Of a DNA stretch of 64,000 nt, positions 38,495 through 51,400 are shown piece by piece. How positions within the stretch are numbered: position 1 is the first letter of the stretch; each line of letters begins with the position of its first letter. The notes beneath the pieces were generated by a model, which saw only the letters and a list, made by a program, of their open reading frames with translations, made no database searches and was not told the origin of the DNA. Source of the stretch: Ascidiella aspersa. Its lineage: Eukaryota. Where the stretch lies: assembly GCA_963924565.1 (NCBI GenBank), contig OZ004607.1, positions 26,598,001 to 26,662,000 on the forward strand. The letters are read 5' to 3'. A program made the translations under genes and the position numbers.

Positions 38495-40679
38495 ATGATG
38501 ATGACTACTGCGGCGACAGCGACGGATGAGCGAAACGAGATGTTCATGTGGGAAACAAGCACCAACGTGACCCTGCATCGCATGCGAGACTTCGTGCTTC
38601 AAACGATGCCCCAGCAACCCAAGCTCCAAGTACTAATTCCTAAGCGAAACGTCACAGGTTGGTTTATCACACTGCCTTAAGTTACTGGTATATTTTAAAA
38701 TTGTCTGTAGGGTTTTTGGGTTGAGGTACTGTAATCGAAAAGGTAGCATAAAGGTGCTAAAATTGTAATCTTTGTGACAACGGTTCAATAAACACGTTTC
38801 GAAAATCGCCCTAAAAACTAAACGTTTTTTTACCGATCTCGGGTGTAGTTTGAAGCGTATCATTATCCGCTTGTGCTAGAACACGCCATAATAAATTCTC
38901 AAAACCCGGCTAAATTATACGTGTAAACCTAAAGTAGAGTTGAGAAAATGCCGCGGGTTTAGCGATCACGTTTTACCTTCGGAGAGCTGTGACGAACCTT
39001 CCCATCGAACAAAGCCGTGCGCTGCTTTTTATTCGACCCCGAACATCTTGCAACCGAACCCTAGGGCACCTGGGAACGGGTGTAATTGGCGAAATCCAAT
39101 TATCTGATAAAGGATCGTTGGCAAGTGCCAGGGGCCATCTATATCGCTATTTTCCCCGAGCCGGAAGCAGGCAAGACAGCAAATAAACACTAAATTGGGG
39201 CCTCTGTTGACTTTGCATGGCTCGGTCTTTTCGGCCGCCCACCGCGCACATTTCAATTATGGTTTGTCTCGACGTAAGTACTGCGCCGAATTCATGTGCT
39301 TTGCCGCAAGCGCATAAACCGTGCCAAGTGTCGCCTCGACCGCGATTATTTTACGATGGCGATGTCGCTTACGTCAGTCGTAACCTAACCTGGGATTAGA
39401 AGGTGCTCTGAGTTTAAACATACTTTCTTTTTTTTTATTTTGTCTTTTAGTTCCACACGTGCGATCCAAGCGACTGCAGCAACTTCAGTCAAGGCCGCGT
39501 GACCCGAACGCGAGTCCCTTTCTCCTTATGATCGCTCCGTTGAACGACCCTCGCTATCGATACATGAGGAAAAGCGAAAACCCGAACAACAACAATCAAG
39601 TCATCAATACGGGGAAAGATCAGAACTTCGAGCGACTAAGAGCGCGAGTCGGATCCATGCCCCAAGTTAACGTGGGGCGGCACCAACCACAACAGCCTTC
39701 CGTTCGAGTGGCGCCTTCGTGGCAGGAGACCATAAATGGCTGCCAAATGCCCGGGCCCGAGTATCTCCAGCAGATCTCGACGATCGCCGCTATGGCTTGG
39801 TCCGATTGCTCTCAGGCTACCGAGAAGCTGCGGCGCATCTACGAGCAGACGGCGTTGCTCAGTCAGAACCCTCTCACTGTGATGAACTCATGTAGCCAGA
39901 CGCTGATGACGCCTAGCGGCATGGCGCCCGACTTCGCTAACAAGCTGAACGGCTTCTCGCAGCTGCAGCAGCAGGACCTGCTCAAGTACGACCCATCGAC
40001 CATCAACGCCTTTTACGACGATCGATCGTGGGACATTCCGTCCGTCTACTGTTCGTGTGCGGTTTGCCAGATGACGAAGCGCGCCAAGTCGTCGATGCTG
40101 TCACATCGCGGTAAGGCCGACTTGACGAAAGCCACCATCACTGTGCCGCCACATCACGTCAAGCAGCCGCAGCTAATAGACCGCGACAGCATCGCGGCCG
40201 GCCTGGCCAATCACAACGTGCGACGTAATAAGCGCGCCCTGTCGCCGGGCGAGACTTTCTTCGTTTCGCAACAGCCCCCAAGAAAGGCAGCCAAGCAAGA
40301 GCCCCAGCACACTGCGGCCCCGGCGGCCAAACAGCCGGCGCTCAAGACGAGCGGGCAAAGCTTTATTAACCAGTCGGTTCGGACTATGAACGGCTCGCTG
40401 CTGCCATACATGTGCAACGCGGGGCCGCCGCCACAGTCGGCCATCGACGAGGCGTCGTACCTTGCGCAAAACCTCTTTATGTCCGGAATCCAGAATCCCG
40501 CCTCTTTTATTACGTCATCGTCGAGCGAGGGACCCACGCAGCGCGAACTGATGGCGACGCCGTCTTTCGAAAATCAGATGTTCGTCAACTCGCAGATGGC
40601 GCCGCCGTCACTGGGCGGCGGTATGCTGAACGGTTTCACGAACTTCCTGCCGCACAGGATTTTGAACGCACTGGAGTGA
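38495..40679 (+). CDS. Uncharacterised 463-aa Q/P/S/N-rich protein
   Basis: Exon 38495-38657 has an upstream acceptor at 38425, an in-frame upstream stop and donor CAG|GTTGGT. It joins in phase 1 to exon 39451-40679 (long polypyrimidine TTTTAG acceptor), a 1.2-kb open frame with strong third-position GC. No domain recognised. Confidence 0.85.
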
Positions 40680-43600
40680 TGCGCCCCAAACCCTCCCCGG
40701 CGGAAGTTTGCGGCGTCGACTGTGCAGCATCACTTATATACAGGCAGGGTTTAAAGCTAAACCGAACCACAACGTACTTCGTCTTTACATCGCCACTCTA
40801 TGCATGTGACGTCGTTATTGAATTTATTCTGCCATCATTTTGCCATTAACAGCGTTTGCGTCCGCTTTCCCACTTTACTTCACTAGCAACGCTGCACGTT
40901 GCGAAAATTTGGTGCTAACAACGGCATACGTGCGCCTAATTCGTTTGAGGGCTTTCAACTTTTCAATTAAATGCGCTTATTTTCGTCACATCTTTACGTC
41001 ATTGTAATAGGGCAACGATCGGTGGGTCAATGCGCGTTGTCTCGCTGTCATTATGCAAGATGGCAGGATTTTGTTGTTCACAAATGCATTGTGTTCGAAC
41101 GCATAAACAAAACCGTCGACCGTTTTAGTCGCGATCGTTGCAAAAACGTCAAATGCGTACTCGAAATGTTCCGTTGTGCATATTTTCACGCTTCCTTTGG
41201 AACGGGCTGGGGAACGCGAATATTAACCTCCCTACCCTTTCTGTCGCTTTCTCTCTGTCTCTCTCTCTTTGCTGTTTTTGCTCAAAATGATGCGCCACTG
41301 TTCACCGCAATATTGCCACTTGCTTCACGATCGATTTGCCGCAGCTGCGTTTCTTTCGCCTTTGGGTAATAACTCAAGAAAGGCCTTCCCGTTTACCCCG
41401 GCAAAAACGAATTATCCATCGTCGCGGACGAACGATATAAGAGCGCGACACGTGAAAGCCAATACGAATGAAATTAACGTTCCAAACATATTTCACGCGG
41501 ATAAGCCATTATCTGAGCTGAATTCTATTTCCCTTGTATTAGGGTTTGTAAATCGCTCTCGCTGTTGGAATTGTCGGTCATTTTGCACTGCGTCGCTTTA
41601 CCGGTAAAAGCTTTTGCGAATCGCATCAAAGATATAGTTGACGTTATTATCGGCGCGTTTTTTGATAATGCAGGCAGTTCGAACCTAGTGTTGGCGCGGG
41701 ATGGTGCTTTTCGCTCGTAATTTTTTCGCTAATTACCCGGGTATTCTTAAAACGCTTGCTGCTTACTTGGTGGTGTACGCATCAAACATCACAGGCTCAC
41801 GCTTACGGCCGCGGTGCATTTGTATGCTGCTACAGCCTGGCGCGGCAGACCGAATTCGATACCTGCATCCGGCCGCAATGACGTGGCAGCGTAATCGGAA
41901 TTCTTGTTTATCTCCGTCTCGCAGCTGACGACCGCAAGTCTCAGAGATATGGGGTTGACAAGCCTGTCGCCTACAGCTGTATCGCGCTCTCGTTGCAGCG
42001 CAATTGTGTTCTTTGGCCGACACGCGATACCTCAAATGCGAGTTCCCGAAATGCTGCGCCGGGTTAAGTCAACAGTATCGCGATACGCAAACGGGATTCG
42101 CCTAAAATCGCCGGCTGCTATATTTATCCGCGAACACATCCCCGCTGTTTTTCCTCCTTGTTGGCTTATCCGGCTCTTGGTATTTCGCCACACGTGATGT
42201 GATAAAGATCGGGTTCTGCCTCCACAAGAATTCATGTTATAGCTGAAATGCTCGTCGCAGTAAAATGCCTCGGTGGACGATTCCTTTGCTTTGCTCGGGC
42301 TGTGCGAAAGAGGGCCACTCAAATAAAAACATATACTTCGGCGTTGCGTTTCTTGAAAGATACCACCAATTGTCACGTTTTCGAAAATGGCAGTCCAACT
42401 CCCTTCAATTACTGACAAAATACAGCATTGAGCGTCAGTCCAAGATGTAAAGGAAGTACCCGTGCTGTGCTTCCTGCTACAATTGCTGCCTGAGATGTTT
42501 TACTTTCCGTTGTCCTTGTGCCCCTCGTGCTAGTCCGATTTCCTCCGTACTACATCAGTGTTATTGTTTCACCTTCTTCTCCCCCTTTTTATTATTGTTC
42601 GTGATCCTTTTCGTTTCCCTCCTTTTTGGTTCTTTTCACGTTTGTTTTTTATTTCCCTCCGCGCTTTATTTATATTACACGAATACCCATAAGTTTTAGC
42701 GTTTTCGTCGGAATGGTTCGTGATAGTTGTAGTGTATTCAGTTATAAGAGAAGTGTTCCAGTTTCAGCCTGGGTCAGTTTAAGTATCTCTTAGAACTAAC
42801 GAATAATTGCAACTAAATTTTATACGTTTTTATAATGTGCAAACATTATTGCTAAGTAAATATATCGATTTTTTTACACCAATAAGTTAGCCTATATAGA
42901 AATGATATTTGAGATGAATTATTTTACAACTGGTGAGGATATTTGCATACAGACATAATTTGTATAAACGACAAAACTTCCGTAACGGCAGACACCCAAA
43001 ATCTGTCGTAGCAAAAAAATAATTTTAAAACATGGTTGAATTTAGACCGACGAGTAACGAAACTGGATTGTACAGATTGCCCTGTGGCTCTTTAATTTAT
43101 GTTTCGATACCATTAATAAAAATCGCATGCACGTTTTATTATTTTGGATAGTATTCGCTTTTCATTATTTTTTTTTATTAAAGACATGTTAGAAGCACAT
43201 TTTCTCTGTTTATCTTCAAATATGCCGCGAGAAGCATTCAACGCAGGGCTAAACAATATAAAATGGTACGTGTAAGGCTTCAACAAGAAAATATTGTCGG
43301 ATGCAACAAGATACTAACAATAATGTAACCATTGCAATGTAGAGATTAATCCGAAATAAAGCGATTAAGCCGAACCGGATATGTTACCGAAATAAAGAAT
43401 AAAACCATTTGCCCGAAAGGTCACTTTCGAAAGAACCTATAAGTACCAATATATTATGGCTGTGATCAGTAAACAGTTTGTACGGTATCAAATATAAAGT
43501 TATGAAATACTTGAACCTTCCTGGCCTCCGTATAACTGCTAAATCGCAGGACTTTGTCTTCAAACACATTCATTTAGGACACAACCAAAAATCATTAAAA

Positions 43601-43913
43601 CAAGGTTACATCTTTTCACAAACAAGTTGTACCGTATTACCTTCACCAAAACGCTATTACGAATCACAAAATAAATAAACATAAGCATTCATGTTTTACG
43701 GCTAGGAAATAAAAAAAAACATTAACTCATCTAACTAATCTCAAGCTAGAATTATTTAGTTGTCCATGACTGCATATCCACTGAGAAGAAACATTTAGCA
43801 AGTACGAATTTCAGCACAAACTAGGTCCTGTTTATGTTGTCGCCAGACTTTGTGAATAAAGTTTTCTTAAACTTATTTAAAACCGACCATTTTTGACAGT
43901 TTTTAGCGGAATA

Positions 43914-46900
43914 TCTTTTTAAGAAAACTTACAGAAAACAAATATAGGGACTGTTTAAAAGGAGTTCCTTGAACCACTTGTTGAGTACGTGGACGTGGTT
44001 TGGGGTCAATAGAGGCCTCACAAACTTTGTGTCATCAAGTAAAAATTGTATTGGATTATTTTTATAAAAATACGCTTTGGTCTCTACTTTAATCTATTTA
44101 GACTCGACCTCAGTGGCTAATTTGTACAGGAGTTCTAGTCAAAACAGCAGGATCTAAAATGTCATCCCTTGGTCAACGCAAACCAAACATTTTTCTAGGG
44201 GTCAATGTAAAAATTAGGGAGCCCCAGCTTTAGTAAGTCTAAACTCACTGATTTTGGTTTGTTCAGTTAAAGTAACAATTTTTTTTATTTTTGGTAGTGA
44301 TTTAGTGCTTGTTGACGTCACGTAGATAAAAATGCTAACAATAGAACAAGTTACAAGTAACTACCAATTGTTTGGTAATCTCTAGGAAATGTCACGAGGA
44401 TAACAGTATGTTCCATAATTATGTAGAAGGGTTAGGTGTTTCATTCTCTTATATCAGTTTTGTAGGGTATTTTTTACAAAATAATTACGCTAATGCTCGA
44501 AACAATACCAACACGAATATAAACGACGAATAACGTTACAAAATGAGTCGTGTTGTCTTCAAATTATATAGATTTCAAGACGAAGAAAATGGTTGATAGC
44601 CGACAACAACTAAGTAATACAAAAACCGGGGTCGTTAAGCTGTTATTCGGTTTCTACGAATTTCTATGGGGTACAGGCGACAATGTATCAAAAGCAGTGT
44701 ATTCGGAAAATATCATTTGTTATTTTAAAACAATAGTATAAAAGAAGGTAAAAATTTGCTAGTAAATTGCAATCTCTCTCCTGGCGTATTTATGTCCCAA
44801 TCAAGAACGACTGCCAAAACGTATTCTTCAGAAAGTTATGGGTTTTTAACAGACTTTACTGAATTGTAGTGAAACGCAATTCTGGATCGTTTGGACGCAA
44901 TTCGACCTAAAAAGTACTGGAATGTTCAAAAGCGCTTTCACTACTAAGCCAGCCGAAGACAATTGCCTCAAATTGATACCCGAGAGGTTATCGACGACGA
45001 ACAGATAGCTTCGCAATGCGGTTATAACCTCGTATGTGAGCGTGCAGGGCGCTCATAACACGAACAACTGACGCAATTTCACATGGAAAGTTGAACTTAA
45101 ATCCTAAAACGTGCCTTAATGTCCGGTTAACTTCGAAAGTTCAAAGACAGTCCTAAAATAGCCAGCGAGGCAGGATGTTTATTTTGTGTTGCTTATTGAA
45201 CAAGCTTGGTAAAGTTTTACTGTTATAAGGTAGTTTATGCGATATACCATTATTTTTTTAAGCATACTATTACTGATACTGTGAACGTCTACAATTTACA
45301 ATTTAGGTTGTTTGATTTGGACCATAGCACAAACGCCCAATGACACAAATAAGTTGCATAGTAATTGCGACTTCACAGCGATGTTTGTCTTAAAACGCAT
45401 ACGGACTTACAGCTAAAGATAGTCTTTACGCTACTGATAATCTCCCTGTTTAAAATAAAGTAAAACAAGACAAAAAACGTCGCTAACATATCCAATTTGG
45501 TCGTGGAATATTTATCAAAGGTTCACAATATGCGAGGCTGGGGCAATTTTTTCACAATACACAAAATGGCAAAGATTAAAATTAAACATAATAGATTTGG
45601 ACTAAAGTCATTTTTAATACGTCTCGAAAAGTAAGATAAGGAGATCCTTTAATTGCTTATAATACCTCACAATGTCGGTCGGGGCCAACACCTTACACGT
45701 GCAAATTAAAACGACCATTAAAAAAGCCACCGAGAAGCGCGTGGATATTTAACAATGCAATTGTCTGATAAATTTTTACTGCTAATAAAAAATACCTATA
45801 TGCTGCCTTCGCTTAACACGGCAGCACAGTATTTCCTCAATCTGGTTAAAACACGTTAAAAGCAGCTATGGGTTGAAAAATGCATACATACCCTATAAAT
45901 TTCTATATGCGCTATCAAAAGCACCCGCAGTAAGCCCTTTCCGGCATAGGGCTCTTTCGACATTTATATCTCAAGTGGATACGGTTGGCTACGTGTAGTG
46001 GAAATACTCAAGGACGGGCGGTGCCGGATCCACCGACGAAACCCTATCAGCCGTAATTTTTCTTGGTGCCGTTCGGCTTGAGTTTTACGACGCGGCTGTT
46101 GCGTTCTCCGTCGCAAGCCAGGAACTCTAGCGTCTTGTTCGGCTTTTCCATTGGCTGCCCGTTGAAGCATTCCAACCAATCGGAGGCCGTCGCCTCGTCT
46201 TTTTAAGAAAACTTACAGAAAACAAATATAGGGACTGTTTAAAAGGAGTTCCTTGAACCACTTGTTGAGTACGTGGACGTGGTTTGGGGTCAATAGAGGC
46301 CTCACAAACTTTGTGTCATCAAGTAAAAATTGTATTGGATTATTTTTATAAAAATACGCTTTGGTCTCTACTTTAATCTATTTAGACTCGACCTCAGTGG
46401 CTAATTTGTACAGGAGTTCTAGTCAAAACAGCAGGATCTAAAATGTCATCCCTTGGTCAACGCAAACCAAACATTTTTCTAGGGGTCAATGTAAAAATTA
46501 GGGAGCCCCAGCTTTAGTAAGTCTAAACTCACTGATTTTGGTTTGTTCAGTTAAAGTAACAATTTTTTTTATTTTTGGTAGTGATTTAGTGCTTGTTGAC
46601 GTCACGTAGATAAAAATGCTAACAATAGAACAAGTTACAAGTAACTACCAATTGTTTGGTAATCTCTAGGAAATGTCACGAGGATAACAGTATGTTCCAT
46701 AATTATGTAGAAGGGTTAGGTGTTTCATTCTCTTATATCAGTTTTGTAGGGTATTTTTTACAAAATAATTACGCTAATGCTCGAAACAATACCAACACGA
46801 ATATAAACGACGAATAACGTTACAAAATGAGTCGTGTTGTCTTCAAATTATATAGATTTCAAGACGAAGAAAATGGTTGATAGCCGACAACAACTAAGTA

Positions 46901-48483
46901 ATACAAAAACCGGGGTCGTTAAGCTGTTATTCGGTTTCTACGAATTTCTATGGGGTACAGGCGACAATGTATCAAAAGCAGTGTATTCGGAAAATATCAT
47001 TTGTTATTTTAAAACAATAGTATAAAAGAAGGTAAAAATTTGCTAGTAAATTGCAATCTCTCTCCTGGCGTATTTATGTCCCAATCAAGAACGACTGCCA
47101 AAACGTATTCTTCAGAAAGTTATGGGTTTTTAACAGACTTTACTGAATTGTAGTGAAACGCAATTCTGGATCGTTTGGACGCAATTCGACCTAAAAAGTA
47201 CTGGAATGTTCAAAAGCGCTTTCACTACTAAGCCAGCCGAAGACAATTGCCTCAAATTGATACCCGAGAGGTTATCGACGACGAACAGATAGCTTCGCAA
47301 TGCGGTTATAACCTCGTATGTGAGCGTGCAGGGCGCTCATAACACGAACAACTGACGCAATTTCACATGGAAAGTTGAACTTAAATCCTAAAACGTGCCT
47401 TAATGTCCGGTTAACTTCGAAAGTTCAAAGACAGTCCTAAAATAGCCAGCGAGGCAGGATGTTTATTTTGTGTTGCTTATTGAACAAGCTTGGTAAAGTT
47501 TTACTGTTATAAGGTAGTTTATGCGATATACCATTATTTTTTTAAGCATACTATTACTGATACTGTGAACGTCTACAATTTACAATTTAGGTTGTTTGAT
47601 TTGGACCATAGCACAAACGCCCAATGACACAAATAAGTTGCATAGTAATTGCGACTTCACAGCGATGTTTGTCTTAAAACGCATACGGACTTACAGCTAA
47701 AGATAGTCTTTACGCTACTGATAATCTCCCTGTTTAAAATAAAGTAAAACAAGACAAAAAACGTCGCTAACATATCCAATTTGGTCGTGGAATATTTATC
47801 AAAGGTTCACAATATGCGAGGCTGGGGCAATTTTTTCACAATACACAAAATGGCAAAGATTAAAATTAAACATAATAGATTTGGACTAAAGTCATTTTTA
47901 ATACGTCTCGAAAAGTAAGATAAGGAGATCCTTTAATTGCTTATAATACCTCACAATGTCGGTCGGGGCCAACACCTTACACGTGCAAATTAAAACGACC
48001 ATTAAAAAAGCCACCGAGAAGCGCGTGGATATTTAACAATGCAATTGTCTGATAAATTTTTACTGCTAATAAAAAATACCTATATGCTGCCTTCGCTTAA
48101 CACGGCAGCACAGTATTTCCTCAATCTGGTTAAAACACGTTAAAAGCAGCTATGGGTTGAAAAATGCATACATACCCTATAAATTTCTATATGCGCTATC
48201 AAAAGCACCCGCAGTAAGCCCTTTCCGGCATAGGGCTCTTTCGACATTTATATCTCAAGTGGATACGGTTGGCTACGTGTAGTGGAAATACTCAAGGACG
48301 GGCGGTGCCGGATCCACCGACGAAACCCTATCAGCCGTAATTTTTCTTGGTGCCGTTCGGCTTGAGTTTTACGACGCGGCTGTTGCGTTCTCCGTCGCAA
48401 GCCAGGAACTCTAGCGTCTTGTTCGGCTTTTCCATTGGCTGCCCGTTGAAGCATTCCAACCAATCGGAGGCCGTCGCCTCGTC
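43914..48483. repeat. Direct tandem duplication, 2284-bp unit x2
   Basis: 43914-46199 equals 46198-48483 with no difference seen by eye. ORF pairs 44550/46834 and 45964/48248 are identical at offset 2284. 2-bp TC microhomology at the junction. Confidence 0.97.
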
Positions 48484-51400
48484 GCTCTCGTCTATGTCTT
48501 CCAGCGTCCGCGTCATGTACTTCATTCCGGGGTAGAGGCCGCAGATTTCCAACGTGTCCTTCTCAATTCTGTGGATAATTAATAGTTGGTTAAAATAAAA
48601 CATGCGCAAAGGTGACGTACCTTATTTTTTCTGGACAAGGAAGAACAGCATTTTTACAACAACAAACAGAATTTGAAAAGTATCGAATTGGTTAAAACAG
48701 TAGTAGGAATGTCAAAACCTATATAGAAGTAGGTAACATTTTAAACGTGTTGGATAGCTCTTTATTTATTATGAACATGGCGAGGGCAAGTGGGCACTGA
48801 TTTAAAAATGTCACCTTCTTTTATATAGGCTTTGATATTTCTACTAGGCCCAACTAAAACCGCCAACCATTATGCTACAAGGTTAAACAGTGATTCTTGT
48901 AACTTTTTTAGTTTTGACCTGACCGGCTTAAAGAAGCACTGGGTCTCAAAATTTGCTGATTTAAAACAAAACAGTGGAAAATGTTAATGCCAGGACGCGA
49001 AATGTTTGAGTGTCTTTTTAAAAATAATGCGTAACGCAGAAAATCAACTGTGTAGACTGTAGACTATGTGCAACGACAAAGTCTACACCTATAAAATTGC
49101 TTTGTAGGAAAATATCGGACTTCTCCGTCAAACGTGGGCTGTTATAATAAAGTGAAAACGAAGAAAACACGTTTTGGCATTATTACGTCATACGTTCAAA
49201 GGGCAACGCGTAATCACTTAACTAATCACTTTACTACGTAGGAATGAAATTAAGCTGAATATTTACTGTGGTTTTAATTTTATGACGCTTATACATCACC
49301 ATAAAAATGAAACAAATGCGGGACTCTGGAGACCATGAGAATAAACGATATCATATATTTTAATTTAAATCAAGTTTCAAAATAGAAACAAATTGCCTCA
49401 TAGGAGGGTAATTCTTATGGCACACAGTAAAGCGTAATTGTGTTTAAAAACGAGCAATTAACATATGATCGATTTTACATTGTTGCTTGTTTTTTGCACA
49501 ACAAAACAATCCAATTAAAAATGACCCTTTCGCCTCATACAGCAATTAATTAAACCATTACCAATACTGTTTGCTATTGCAGTAAAATGAGCAATTGATC
49601 AAACAAATATGTCAACTTAAAAGCCGTTGTAGGCCAACCTTATCGTTTGACTTTTTTCAACACTTCCATTTAGGCCTGAACTATTATAAATCGGAATATG
49701 TAATAGTTTTAAGCGAATAAATGTCGCAAGTCAAAATATATCAGGACAGTTTGGTAATAAGCCCCTGAAGCTCGGAGAAAAAACGAAGACTCGAAGATCA
49801 AAAATTACTTAAAATTGATCTATTTATATTTAGACAATCTGAAAAAAAAAAACTTGAACAGTGGCACACCAAAAAAATGCTTCACAAGCTGAAAATGTAA
49901 ACAAGGCCAAAATTTTATATCGGTATTGTTTTCCATACCGTAGGCCGGGCGGCGGAACACGGTACTTGATGCCGCGCGACCTGAGACGCGCCAGTTCCTT
50001 GTATCCGACCACGTTGGCAAAGTCGCTCCAATCCCGGTATTTGACGTAGCGGAAACTACGACTGTCGTCCGATTCCCATTCCGCCTGTAACAAGGATTAC
50101 GAGATATTTTGAGTTTGGTGTTCATTTTTCGCTAATTTGCGCCCATGGCCTTAACAAGTTGAGAAAATTAAGGCCGATAATTCAAAAAAACATGACCACA
50201 GGAGTTGGTGTTAAAAAAAAATTTCGTTATAGAAAAACTTAGACATTGTACACGGGGCTTTTTTATGAGGTTTCAAGTTTAAAACGTGGTAAAGAATTAC
50301 ATGAACCGCGTATAAACTCATTAATATTTTGAAAGTTTTTTCGGACAATAGACCTTTTTGTTTGGGCCAAAGCTGGATTTAAGGTGGACAAATAACTATT
50401 GTGTAAGATGATGCCCTACGTTTGAAACTGTCGAAATAGGAACCATTGTTTTACAATTTATTTTAAAGTGGATATTTAGCATGAGGAACTTACAAAAAGG
50501 AATACCATGAATATTTGATTATAAACGATTTTAAGGGGTAAACATATCTCTGGAATCTGCTGTTTCGTCGCTTATCTTTGACTATACAACAAGGTTAATA
50601 CACATTTTTATGAAATAAAGTGACATTCAACGAAAAGTCACATTAATTGGTAGCTTTGCAGAGACCTAAAATTGGATCACTCGACATGTTTGGAATATAA
50701 TTCGAAAACAAAACAGTAGTAGTAATATCATGGTTACTACAGTATACGAAATAGTTTAAAAGCTTGTTTACAATGGCCCTTTCTAAGCACGTAACTTTAT
50801 ATGCACTTAAAATAAATTTAAAGACTTTTTCGATGAATTGAATTTTTCATGTGTAAATCTACACAAAGACAATCAAACAAATTAAAACATTAAAAGATTT
50901 TGTGTAGAACGACAAAACTCATTGTGGATGTGAATAGCGATACAAAAATATTTTCTCAAAAAAATCGTTTTTTTGCTTACCCGGTGCCAGGCCCTCTCGG
51001 CGAAGGCGATGAGACGCGGAAAGAGTTGAGAATGGGCGGTTGCAACGTCACGGACGAGCTCGGACCAGAGCTGAGCCTGCATCCCGATCACGTTCTCGGC
51101 TTTTTCCAGTGGAGGGTGACCGTCACGGATGCGGTCCACCTCCTCGGCTATTGCACGATTAAAAAGTAAGTGCTTTGTGACAAGTACACCGAAAGCCGTC
51201 GCAGACTCGCCGAATCTGTCGATCAATGATGCAAGCAGGGTAGGTTAGAAAATTTCTAGCGCGCCATGTTTGCATCATTGATCGACAGGTTCGGTGAGTC
51301 TGCGATGGTTTTCGGTGTACTAATGATACGTAAGCCCTAATCATTCGTCAAAAAGCAGCTTCAGAAGGGCCAGATCACAGTGGGTAACACACATATGTGT

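Noticed and set aside
44550-47025. Two identical 63-aa ORFs suggesting a gene pair
   Set aside because: A by-product of the 2284-bp duplication, with a non-ATG start and no coding signature.
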